A stretch of 64,000 nucleotides of DNA, taken from NCBI RefSeq assembly GCF_009914755.1, contig NC_060938.1; one strand, given 5' to 3'. Each line of letters starts with the position of its first letter. The first letter of the stretch is position 1. The position numbers were made by a program, and so were the translations under genes. The notes beneath the pieces were generated by a model that saw only the letters and a list, made by a program, of their open reading frames with translations, was not told the DNA's origin and searched no databases. This document shows, piece after piece, positions 42,233 to 53,507 of the stretch. The DNA comes from the human T2T-CHM13v2.0 reference genome, Homo sapiens.

Positions 42233-45049
42233 CGCTCTTCCTCCCAGTCTCCCCTCCTCCCCAGACCAGCAGAGCTAAAACAACCCCTATTCATCCTTTA
42301 GCCTGCTGAAAGTGACCCCAGCCCGGGAGCTGGGCACTGTTTCCACCAAGCTTATCAGATGAGGAGTGTGAGGCCCACACAGATGAAATCACTGCCCAGA
42401 TGAGCGAGGCAGGAACGAAATGCAATTGTCTGACTCCTAAGGTGTGTGAGTGACCTCTGTGGGTGACAAACACGCTTCAAGGGCTTTGCCATGTGCCAGG
42501 CACTGGAATGCCATCCAAGGGGCCAACGTTGGTCTAGGAGAGCTCACCTTGGTGCTAGGGTGGAGGTATGGGGGGCCGCAGCGCTCACAGCAGTAACTCT
42601 TCATAGTCCCAGCACGCCCCACCAGGACCAAGTCAGGGAGCACGGGAATGGAATGCTGAGGCAGGTGAAAATGGCCCTTTTGCTGATGATGCAAATGCCC
42701 CTTTCCTGAGAGATGATGGCATATTCAGAGAAATTTGAAAAAGTCTGTTATGGGCTAGATTTGGGCTACAGACAGAGTTGTGATCAGAGGCCAGGAACTA
42801 AATGATAGATGCCGATGAAGAGTCTTCTATTACTCAAGTAGGACAGGTGCTCCAGGTGGCTGGGGTGGGGGCTGGGAATATGTAAGGCAAGAGGGCACAA
42901 TGCCCACCGCCAACCCCACCTTCCCCTAAGGGCACTGTAGACACTGGCTGAGCCCAAACCCCAGCTCCTCTGCCACTAGGGGAGAGTTCTATCTCCCTGG
43001 TCCTAGTTTCTGAATCTGTCAAATGGGAAGAACAATACCCATCTCGGGTTTTATTGACTCATTTTGACTCATTGGTTTGTTTGTTTGATGAGGATTAAAT
43101 GAGATGACAAATATCTAACTCTTGGGGCATTGCAGTATTCAGTGCAAGTTAGACCCCTGCCCCATCACTTTTCCCTTGGAAGCTCCCATCCCAGGAGGCA
43201 AGGGATCCTCTCTGACGACGAAGGTGTGCTGTTTGTGCAACATACCTGAGGGACAGTGTGGCTGGAGGGGTGGGAGCCAGGCACTGAGGATGCACTTGCT
43301 GTTTACAGATTGTTTTATGACTGGCTGTTGGAGCTCCTAAAATGGCTCAGGAGCCAACCAACCATTTTACTCTATGTTCTGATTTGTTTATTCATTCATT
43401 CATTCAGTCAGTCAGTCATTAAGCATGTATTATGTGCCTACTGCATGCAAAGATACATGGGGGATTCAACCTTTCTACTTAACCTTATCTCACCTCACTC
43501 CCTGCAGCGAACTCTCTTCGCCGCTGCACTGAGCTTCTCACTGTCTCCGCTCTCCAAAATGCCTAACACTCTCCGTCTCAGTGCCTTGACTCAAGGTATG
43601 GCTGTAGCCATCACTGCTGCCTCTCACCCCTGAAACAAAGCAGCATGTTAGAAGGATTTGGGTTCAGAGTCAGGAGGTAAGGATTCAAATCTTGGCTCTG
43701 TCTCTCACTAGCTGTTAAGGTCTTTAGTCTACCTGAGCCCCAGTTTCCTCATCTGCCAGATGGGAATGACATTAGGATCTATCACAGAAGGTTGTTGTGA
43801 GAATAAATACTATGAGATGTGTAAGATATCTATTATGGCTAAGTCAGTGCCTGGCCTGGAGTTGAAACTTAGTAACAAATGTCTGTTGAATGGACCTGAT
43901 GAATTCTGGCCTGGGAGGTGGGAAACTTGAATCTTGGTCACAGGAATATGTGCTTGAATAAGTCACTGCTTTTCTCAAGGGGCTCCAATCCCTTGATTAA
44001 AATGGCAGGCTTGGATCACCAGAATGCCAAGTATTGACATCCCTGGCTTCCCATCCTGTGATTCTGACCTGGATCCAGGGACACTTGGCACACAGCCGGC
44101 TTCATCTCCATCCTCCCTCAGGGAAGACATCACTAGTAGATCAGAGTGTTCTGTCTACTGAGCCCTTGGAATCTCTCCACAGGGCACCTGCCAGTCATCG
44201 CCAATCAAACCCGAGATGACAGTTGAGATCAAACAGACTTTTCATTCCTGGTTGGTGCCTGGGAGAGTGACGAGGCCTATCAGTACTGGAGGACACAGTC
44301 AAGGTGATGGGTGTGTGGGGGTGGGGGAGCGTGCAGAGCAGGGGCGTGAATGTGGGGCGGTGGTCCATCTGGGATGCCCCGCAGGGCAGAGACACCACTA
44401 CCATGTCACTTTTGTCCCACCAGCCCTTCTTTACAGCTTCACCTGAGCAGCCATTATATCCAGCCCAGGGGAGAGGCAAAGGCAAGGGAAGGGCACCGAC
44501 TATGAACCAGGAGATTGATGTGTTTGTTGAGTTTTCATGGCTGATGTCTTAATCCTCATTATCAACCCTGCCAGGGAACTGCCCTTAGCTACACTTCAAG
44601 GGTGAGGAATAGGAGGCTCAGAGCTTACTGATCATGATGATTAATCATAAAATCACAGTAATTGGCTTGGGTTGCACTTCAGCTTCACCCCTTTTGGCTG
44701 TGGGGTCTTCGTCAAGTCACTTAGTCAACCTGTGCCTCAGTGTCCTCATTTGTAAAGTAGGCGTAATAGCAATATCCACCTCATTATGAAGGAGTTAATA
44801 CAGAAGAAGTTTTTGAAACATTATTAGCATTTAATAAGAGGTGAGTAAACTATTTTCAAGGCTGTTGGCATGGATTTCGTATTCATTTTGCTACCCCCAG
44901 CACTTCAGAGAATGTCCTGTACATAGTAGGTGTCCACTAAATGCTTTAGAACCACTTGGTGAGCATTATTGACTCCCCAGGGAAGTCCCACGTGGGTCTT
45001 CTTGTTGCCGAGAAAGTCCCACATAGGTCTTTCTCGTTGCCAAAGAGGA

Positions 45050-46125
45050 CATCTCAAAGAAAATAACAAAAATATACTGAGCCAAAGAAAAATGCAAACA
45101 CAACATATCAAAATTTGTGAGATGCGGCCAAAGCAGTGCTGAGAGGAAATTTTATAGCACTAAGAGGCCTACATTAGAAAACAAGAAAGATCTCAATCAA
45201 TGATCAAAGCCATGCCCTCAGAAAAAGAAAAGTGAAATAAGCCCAAAGCAAGAAGAAGAAAGGAAGTAATAAAGATAAAAGCAGAAGTCAATGATATTGA
45301 AAACAGAAAAAGAAATAAAAATAAAAAATAAAAAATAAAAAAAGAGCTGGTTCTTTAAACAGATCAATCAAATTAACAAGCTTCTAGCAAGGCTGACCAA
45401 AAGAGAGAAGACATAGATTATGATATTAGAAGTGAAATGCAGTCAGGTGTGGTGGCTCATACCTGTAATCCCAGCACTTTTGGAGGCTGAGATGGGAGGA
45501 TAGCTTGAGCTCAGGGGTTTGAGACCAGCCTGGGAAAAACAGTAAGACCTCCTCTCTACAAAAAATTTTTAAAAATTAGCTGGATGTGTTGGCGTGAACC
45601 TGTAGTCTCAGCTACTTGGGACGCTGAGGTGGGAGGATTGCTTGAGTCCAGGAGGTCAAGACACCGCAGTGTGCCACAATTGTGCCACTGCACTGCAGTG
45701 ACAGAGCAAGACCTTGTCTCAAAAAAAGAAGAAAGAAAGAAAGAGAGAGAGGAAGGAAGGAAGGAAGGAAAGAAGGAAAGAAGGAAGAAAGGGAGGGAGG
45801 GAGGAAAAGACAGAAAAGCAGGCTAAAATAGTAAATGTTATGATGTTATATCTTAGCATAGTACAAATTGTAAATAGGCTAAAGAAAAAAACACATGATC
45901 ATATAAATTGATGCAAAAAATTCATCTGACAAAATTTAACATCCATTCACGACAAGAACTCCCAGAAAATTAGGAATAGAAGAAAGTATCCTCAACTTGA
46001 TAAAGAGGATCTACAAAATTCCCACAGCTACATCATATCCCATGGTGAAAGACCAAAAGCTTTTCCCCTAAAATCAGGAACAAGACACAGAGGTCTGTTT
46101 GCACCACTCTTCTTCAACATAGAAC
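45050..46125 (+). mobile_element. L1M ORF2 fragments split by an AluJ (45441-45727) with a GGAA-rich tail
   Basis: caaagcagtgctgagaggaaattttatagcac; ttccccctaaaatcaggaacaagac...ttcaacatag. Confidence 0.82.
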
Positions 46126-47716
46126 TCTTTGCCTGAACCCCATCCCTCCTGAGACTCCACATGGTGAAGATGGGCTGAGCTCTCCTCTTTTCCTGGGGCT
46201 TGAGTCCTCAGACTCACCAGCTCTAACCCCACTCATTCATATCCCTTTCAAGAATGCACAGGGGAGTGTAAGTGGGCTTACCTGATTTTATGATGTTGAA
46301 TCTGCTCAGATTTATACTAGGAAAAACCAAATCATTTGCCAAATATAAGTAGCACCGACTTGTGGCACGCTATCATATAGCACTGTATCACGATAGCACC
46401 ATATCAATACCCATGTGTGCAGCACAGAGGTCAAGCATTGATGATGTAATTCAACCAGGAAACTGAGGCCCAGAGAGGGTGAGTGACTACCTCAAGATCA
46501 CACAGCCAGGTAGGGGCAGAGTTCAAAGATCTTATCTCTGAAGCCCGTCTCCCTTTCATGGTACAATAATATGGTTGAAAGCACTTCCAACGTGGGACTT
46601 GATCACATTGATAGTGGTCTCTGTCACTGGAGGTGGACTGCAGCCAGGGGTGCTGGGGCTGGCTGAGCCGGCCTGTGACTACTCTGGGGCATTACAAGGT
46701 CTCTGCCTCCTCTGAGGGCACAGCCACACCAGGCAACTTCACCAGCACAGGAAGCCCTCGGCCTGCCAGCCAGAGGGGTTGGCTTTGACCTGGTGCCTCC
46801 TGTTCCCAGGAAGCAAGAAGCACGTCCACTCTGATTATAGCTGACAGCCTGCCGTGGGCTGGTCTTTGATAGAAATGCTGCCATTATGTAAGAGGTTACA
46901 TAAATCATCTTGTGATGTCTGCGTCGCATGTCCACAGAGGCGCTGCCAGGCCACTCTGTCCTCCGCGTGGCCTTTGTTATGTTCCCCGAGCTGGTGTGGT
47001 CGGTCGGGCCTAACTCTCCAGGGCAGGGGTGGCTGGGAAGAGTCTGTAGCCCTGGGCTAGCAAGGCCCCTGGGAGGGAGATGGGGCCCTCACATTGGTTC
47101 ACAGTTGTCGGTGGGAGCAGCATCTTAGGATCACTCCCACCCTAGCTTTGTCATTTACTGCCCATGGGACCTTCAGCAAGTCTCCTAGCCCAATTTGTGC
47201 CTCAACTTCCTCATCCATTAAAGAGAGTAACCGTGGCAACTGGGAAGAACAAATGACAATATATGACACATATTTCCATCAAGTAGGACTTTACACTCAT
47301 ATGATGAGGTGTGAGAAACAGCACAGGGTGGCTGGCAGAGCAGAGCTCCCTCCCAGGTGCTTCTCCTACCTGGCTCTGCCTGGCTTTGCCTTGGATGAAT
47401 CTCTTCCCCTCTCTGGGCCTCTCTGTCTTCATCTCTAAAATGAGAAGTCAGCCCATCTTTTGGGACTGAATTTTCTGTAGAGGTGTGAAAATGTAAAATC
47501 TCCTTTAACATTTATTTTTGGCAATTTAAAACATTACCAAACATGTACCAACAAACAGATACATTTAAACGCATTTTAACTCACAAGGTGACACGCTAGG
47601 CTGCTGACTGGTGAACTTGGGCAGTCAGGTTAACTCCTGTGGGGACCAGGTAATAGTTTCTCCAGGGACTCCTTTCATTTGATGACCATCCTAAGATCAT
47701 AAGAGAAGCTTTTTTA

Positions 47717-48016
47717 GGCTGGGCGTGGTAGCTGAAAGCTGTAATCCCAGCACTTTGGGAGGCTGAGGCAGGCGGATCACCTGAGGTCAGGATTTTGAGA
47801 CCAGCCTGGCCAACATGGTGAAACCCTGTCTCTACTAAAAATACAAAAATTAGCCAGGGGTGGTGGCACACGTCTGTAATCCCAGCTACTCAGGAGGCTG
47901 AGGCAGGAGAATCACTTGAACCTGGGAAGCAGAGGTTGCAGTGAGCCGAGATCGCACCATTGCACTAGAGCCTGGGTGACAGAGCGAGACTCTATCTCAA
48001 AAAATAAATTAATTAA
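47717..48016 (+). mobile_element. AluSx-like
   Basis: Full dimer; degenerate TSD aaga(g/t)aa(g/a)ctttttta. Confidence 0.93.
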
Positions 48017-48279
48017 AAGATAAACTTTTTTAGAAAGTTGACATCTCAACTGCTTCTCTCTCTAAACCAAGATTTTGTAAATGTTCTGCAACCAAAACAA
48101 AGTATGGCTGATGGCTGATGTGAGACCATAATCCATATCTCCTGATTTCAAAGTTTTATATCATCAGAACAGACTCCTTGTTCTAATGCATTGTTTGCAA
48201 ATAAGTAGAAGGTATGCATTTGAGCATGGAAAATAAATTTGTACTCATAGCCCATAGTTGTCATGGTTTTACATGTTGA

Positions 48280-48629
<350 letters not shown>

Positions 48630-50580
48630 TGAAAACCCACTGCCCCAGATGAGCTCCTTGGGTCCCTAAGGCTTGGCCTGTGCATGCCCTGCCAGATGCC
48701 TCTTCTCACTTGCAGCTCCAGTCTACACATGTGCTGGCTGAATCCTATAAGTAGATGGTGTCTGTTGACATCCAGAGGTTCTGGAGGGGTGGCTCCCAGG
48801 AGACTGCTAGGTAGTTGTTCTGCTTCACTGATGAGTGGGCAGGAGACAAACGTTTACTTATCAAGATAAAGCAGGGAATGCCACCTCCACACCCTCTGGT
48901 CCCTGCACACAGTAGGTGTTGAATGGAGTTGATGCAAAGCTGGGAGTCCCTGCTGCAGGGTCAGCACAGTGGACTGTCGGGAAACCAAGGCAGCAACAAC
49001 CGGTTGGGAAGGGTCCATCAGCGGCCCAGCTTATCCAAGTTCAGGGCAGTTGAAGCCAGCACAGCTCATGTGCCTTTAACAGAGCTTTACAGAACTCGGG
49101 CTCTGGTGCTGGGCGATGCAGTCGGAAAGAAGCGCTTCCAGCTTTCATGTGCCATAGTCCTGTAGGATTACAGACAATTCGTTGTCATGTAAGCCATAGC
49201 AACCACAAGCATCCTTCACTCAGGCCTGCTGTGTGCTGAGTCCATTCAAGTCACAGGAGATACAGAGACAGAAAGCTGTGAAAGAACTCCCTTCCCTTCT
49301 GGAGCTCACCTGGATGGGGCAAACAATAAACAGACAAAATTTAAAAAAATAAGACAGGAAGCAGCTGTTTACGGTTCACAGGAAAAATCCTGCTCATTGG
49401 AATGGGCAAAGTATTTAATTCTTAAAACATTTAGTAAGAAGCTACTCTGTGCCAGGCTCTAGTAGGAGTCAGATTACAAAGGGCCTTCTGCATTTAGCTA
49501 AGGAGGTTAGACTTCATCTTTGACTCTAGGAACACAGGGATGGGAGAGGGCGTTATTAACAATGCTAGGAGTTGGCGGAAGGCATCCTGGAGGAGGGGGT
49601 GTTTGAGCTGGGCCTTTAAGAATGGCTGAGAGGACAGGGTTGGCTGAGTTGGGCCCAAGAATCAGGTTTGAGGCTTCTGTGGGTGTGTCACCAACTGTAA
49701 ATGGGAAAAATAATCCCCTCTCTGCCCAGACCCAGGACAATAATGAGAGAACACTGGGAGAGTCTTATGACTGGTGTGATTACTGCTGTCTTTCCACCTG
49801 CCTATATGGCCAATCAGAAAACACAGAGGAGCCTTCCCTTGTGTGGGTCAGAGGCATCCAGAGGCCTGGCCTCAAGCCACAGTTGCCTCCTCTCCCTGCT
49901 CCTGACTTCCCAAAGCTGCAGCTCCCATATTCCTGAGTTGGGAAGGTCCAACATTGTGCTAGAAGAGTGGAACCCAGGACGCATGGAGAAAATCTGGTCT
50001 TCCTGGCCGGCAGCGCTTAGGCAGCATCTGGTGCTCACGGGAGCTCCAGGAGGCAATGTGGCCAGGCAGATCCAACTCAGCCTTTGGACACAGACGGGCC
50101 TGGCTTCAAGTTCAAGCTCTGCTGGTTAACAGCTGTGAAGCCTTGGGAAAGTAACTCAACCTCACTTCATTTGTCAGGGCAACCACAACACTACCCTCAC
50201 GGAGCTGCCCCGAGGGTCAGGTGAGGTCTTCATGTGGTTGTGGAATACGGCTCTTGGCACATGCTGGGTGTCCACAAAGAATCCATTTTCTTCCACTTTT
50301 CTCTCCCTTTCCTTTCTCTCTTCCCTCTTTTCTTCCTTCTCTGTTTCCTCAAAAAGTGTTTGGTGGAAGAACAGCCCACATTAAGAGCTTTGGAAAGACT
50401 TTCGTAAGACACCAACTCACCTCCCACGGAGTCCACGGGCCTGGTGGGGAGGCTTACTACTGGCTAAGAAAGGAGAGACAGCTTCATGAGCGGGCAGTGC
50501 AGAATGGGCCAGCAGGGCTGCAGGTGCCGTGGGATCTCAAGGAAGCTGGGAGCTGAGCTGAGTGGCTCTAAAATGTCTTG

Positions 50581-50679
50581 ATGCCCTTAGAAGAGAGAAG
50601 ATCTTCTGGAGAGAGGAATGATGCAGCCCCCACAAATCACAGAAGGCCTGGGGAGAAAAGGGCGAGCACAGCAAAGCAG
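50581..50679 (+). CDS. FAM181A: FAM181A long-isoform first coding exon (MPLEERRSSGERNDAAPTNHRRPGEKRASTAKQ, 33 codons)
   Basis: ATG at 50581, 99 nt open, CAG|GTGGTT donor at 50680. A phase-0 join to the acceptor at 53508 gives a 354-aa protein whose N-terminus I recall as FAM181A isoform 1. Confidence 0.8.
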
Positions 50680-52338
50680 GTGGTTACGTAGTCAGATGCC
50701 AGCTGCTGGAGAGGTTCAAACTGTTGGCTGTGCACACCAGCCTCACACAGTAGGCAGCAGGGAGCTGGCCCTGGTGGCCACAGGCCCTCAGGGCGCTCTC
50801 TTCAGCCACGCGTGCCAGATGTTTTGGAGCAGAAAGGATGTTTCCTGCTTGTACCAGTCAGGGTGGGCTGGGACGTGCTGCAGAAACACATAGCCCTCAA
50901 ATCTCTGGCACTTAAAATGATGATGGTTTGGCTCTCACCCATGCAAAGGTTGCCGCAGGCAGGAGCAACCCTCCAGGGCACGTAGTGGCCAACAATCTAG
51001 GATGCGTCAGTCCAGCGGCACTTCCATCTCGGTCCACACTTCCCCGACCCCGCAGCAGGGTAGGGGCATGGAGAATACAGTGCTGGCTTTCAAGGCCTAA
51101 ATTGAGTCACAGCTTGTCAGCACCGGGCCATCTCCTCCAAACCCTTCATTTTGCCTGTAAGGACCCTCAGGCCAGGGGTAGGGGAGATGGCTTGGAGTCA
51201 GGCCACAGCAGCTGTCTATTGGCCAGTGGGAAGGAGCAGGGCCATCACTTCTGGATGGAGGCCCTGGCTCTGCCCTGCCAATGCCCCCAGTCTGGGTAGG
51301 GAGACTCCAGGGAGGAGTCCTGCAACCTAAGATGCCAAATCTTAGGTTGTAGTACAGAGGTGTGGGTTGGCGCACAGGCCACCAGCCATCTGGCTGGTGA
51401 GGGAGACAGGAGGAGAAGGCAGTAGAAGGGGAAGAGAAAAGGAAGGGGAAGGAGAGGAGGAGGGAAGAGGAGGCTGAGTCTGGGCAGAAAAATGATGAGG
51501 CGTGAAAGGGGCCCGTGAGCTGGGCTGGCACGGAGGCACGACCATTAGCATTTCCCAGGCGGCCGCCCTCGCCTTCAGCCTCACCTTCCCTCTGGCCAGT
51601 TGGTGGGCAGGGCCAACAGCGGCTCTGGGCTCCCTTGCTTGCTCAGAGTGGCCCTGCTTGCAGCCCCGCCGGCGTTGGCACGGTGACAGTAGCCAAGTGT
51701 GCAAACTTGTCCCATTGTCCGCAGGCCAGGGGGAGCCATGGAAACTGGCTAATATGACACAGGAAAATGTTTGCTGATGGCAATTCTATGGGCTTTGTCC
51801 ACCTCTTTCTCCATCATGACGACTCGATTTAAGTCCCTAACTGTTTGACTACAAATGCAAGGGGACCGTGCAACGCCAACCTTTTGTCCGGCTGCGCTGA
51901 ATGGGCAATTCAGGCTTTGTGCAGCTCAATTGAGGAAGCAAACATAAAGACAAGATTCCTGAGAGCTCCAGCTCCCTTCCCATGGATATCCCAGCACCTC
52001 GTTAGAGAGTCCTTCCTCGGCCACCTTTTCCGACAGGCATCAGCGCACCTCCTGACCTTGAAGGCCCTCCATCCCCGATCCCTGGGGGATCCTGGCAGGG
52101 AGGGTGGTGGGGGTGGCAGGGGGAGACAGAGAGAGAGACAGAGAGACAGGAGAAGAGAGAGTGAGAGCGAGAGAGCCACTCAACACTCAAGGACAGCGGG
52201 AAAAGCAGCCCGCCCCGGCTTACCCCGTCCGATTGTCTGTCCGCACTGGAGCATGGCAGCTGTAGGCCTGGAGTCTTTGGGGGAGGTTTGCAAGCCTGTC
52301 TCCACTAGGCCCAGCCCCTTCTCAATCCTGGACATTTT

Positions 52339-52340
<2 letters not shown>

Positions 52341-52370
<30 letters not shown>
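52341..52370 (+). repeat. (AC)15 microsatellite
   Basis: Read directly. Confidence 0.97.
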
Positions 52371-52372
<2 letters not shown>

Positions 52373-52639
52373 CACCCCCTTGAGAAACCAGGGAACTGAG
52401 GTCAAGGGGAGGAGGGGGGTGGAGGCTGAGGAGAGTGGGGCTGAAGGGTAGAAATTTACCGGGAAATGATTGCATTTGGGAGCTGTCTTTTTTGTGATGG
52501 TCCCCATGGTGACAATTTGTGACGGCAAAGAATGTGGGAACGGGGCGCCGCCGCCTGATTGGGATGCTTTGTATCTGGAGAGGCGCTCCTGATTGGCCTG
52601 AGGGGCCCCCCAGCTCCGGGGAGTTGTCCTCCATTCAGC

Positions 52640-52763
52640 CCACTCAAGGGTTGCACAACTGCTTCCAGCCGGACGGAGCTCGGCCGGCTGCGCCGGGGCC
52701 TGTCCCAGGTCTGCAGTGGGGAACCTGCCGGGCCACGTTGGTGGGGCCTGGGCCGCACCTTCG
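52640..52763 (+). other. FAM181A: Candidate non-coding first exon of the FAM181A short isoform (5' end approximate)
   Basis: Lies downstream of the CCAAT pair; TCG|GTCAGT donor at 52764 followed by many GGG runs; splicing to 53508 would leave 87 nt of 5'UTR before ATG 53595. Confidence 0.55.
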
Positions 52764-53507
52764 GTCAGTGTGGAGGCCCGGTGGCTCTGGCCCGACTGGG
52801 TGGCGGGTGTGGGGGCAGGCTGGGGCCTGGGGGAGGGGCGAGGTGCCGTGGGTGGCGGCCGAGGAGGCATGAAATTGCTGCAGATGCTTCTTCGGGGGAA
52901 TCCCTGCTGCCCGCAGCCTGAGATCAGCCCGCAAGGCAGGTCTCGATTAAGTGCCAGACAGGGGTCCTGCCTGGTCCTGCGTGAGAGCTGGGGGTGGAGC
53001 GTGGGGACTGAGGAGGGGGGCTGGTGCTCCTCGTGCTGGGGGCAGGAGTGGTGGGAGGGGGAGGCTACCACCAGGGAGGAAGGGGGCTTGGCCTTGCTTT
53101 AAAGAGGAACAGTTGCCTCAGCTCAGAGAATAAACACCTCGCTGGCAAGTTGCACACGTTGGCAGCGTGGTGTGTGGGAGATGGGGCAGGCTGGGAGTGT
53201 GTGCCAGCCCCAGCAATGCCACCTGTAGCTGGGTCACCTTGGGCGACTTGCTTGACCTTTCTGAGCCTTGGCTGCAAGAAGGGGCACCAGACCCAAGCAG
53301 GCTGGGCGAGGCTCTGCTGGTGCCTGCCGCATCCCAGGTGTGCAGGAAGTGCTCAGCCACTTGCACCCACATCCCTCTACCCAGGACTCTGTTTAGGGCT
53401 GAGAGGTGCTGGGGTGGGGAGACTGTTTGTAGACAGGTGCTGTGGTCTTTTGGGAGGGCTGGGTGTGGTTGCTTGGAGAGACTCCGATGGCCTGTTTTGT
53501 CCCCCAG

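Larger units (their letters stand above)
51500..53000. promoter_or_regulatory. CpG-enriched bidirectional promoter region of FAM181A / FAM181A-AS1
   Basis: Visible rise in CpG and GC; two CTGATTGG boxes (ATTGG at 52558 and 52592); GC-rich motifs; splice donors pointing away on both strands (52222-52223 on -, 52764-52765 on +). Confidence 0.8.

Noticed and set aside
44195-44305. Possible far-upstream FAM181A first exon (CCAAT at 44201, AAG|GTGATG donor-like site)
   Set aside because: Signals too weak to call from sequence alone; needs CAGE or junction reads.
46351-46360. agcaccgact, reverse complement of the SpCas9 tracrRNA 3' end
   Set aside because: Only a 10-nt match and the rest of the scaffold is absent; chance.
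53442-53507. ORF-track N-terminus MVFWEGW... for FAM181A
   Set aside because: Non-ATG start in intronic sequence upstream of the clear acceptor at 53506-53507.
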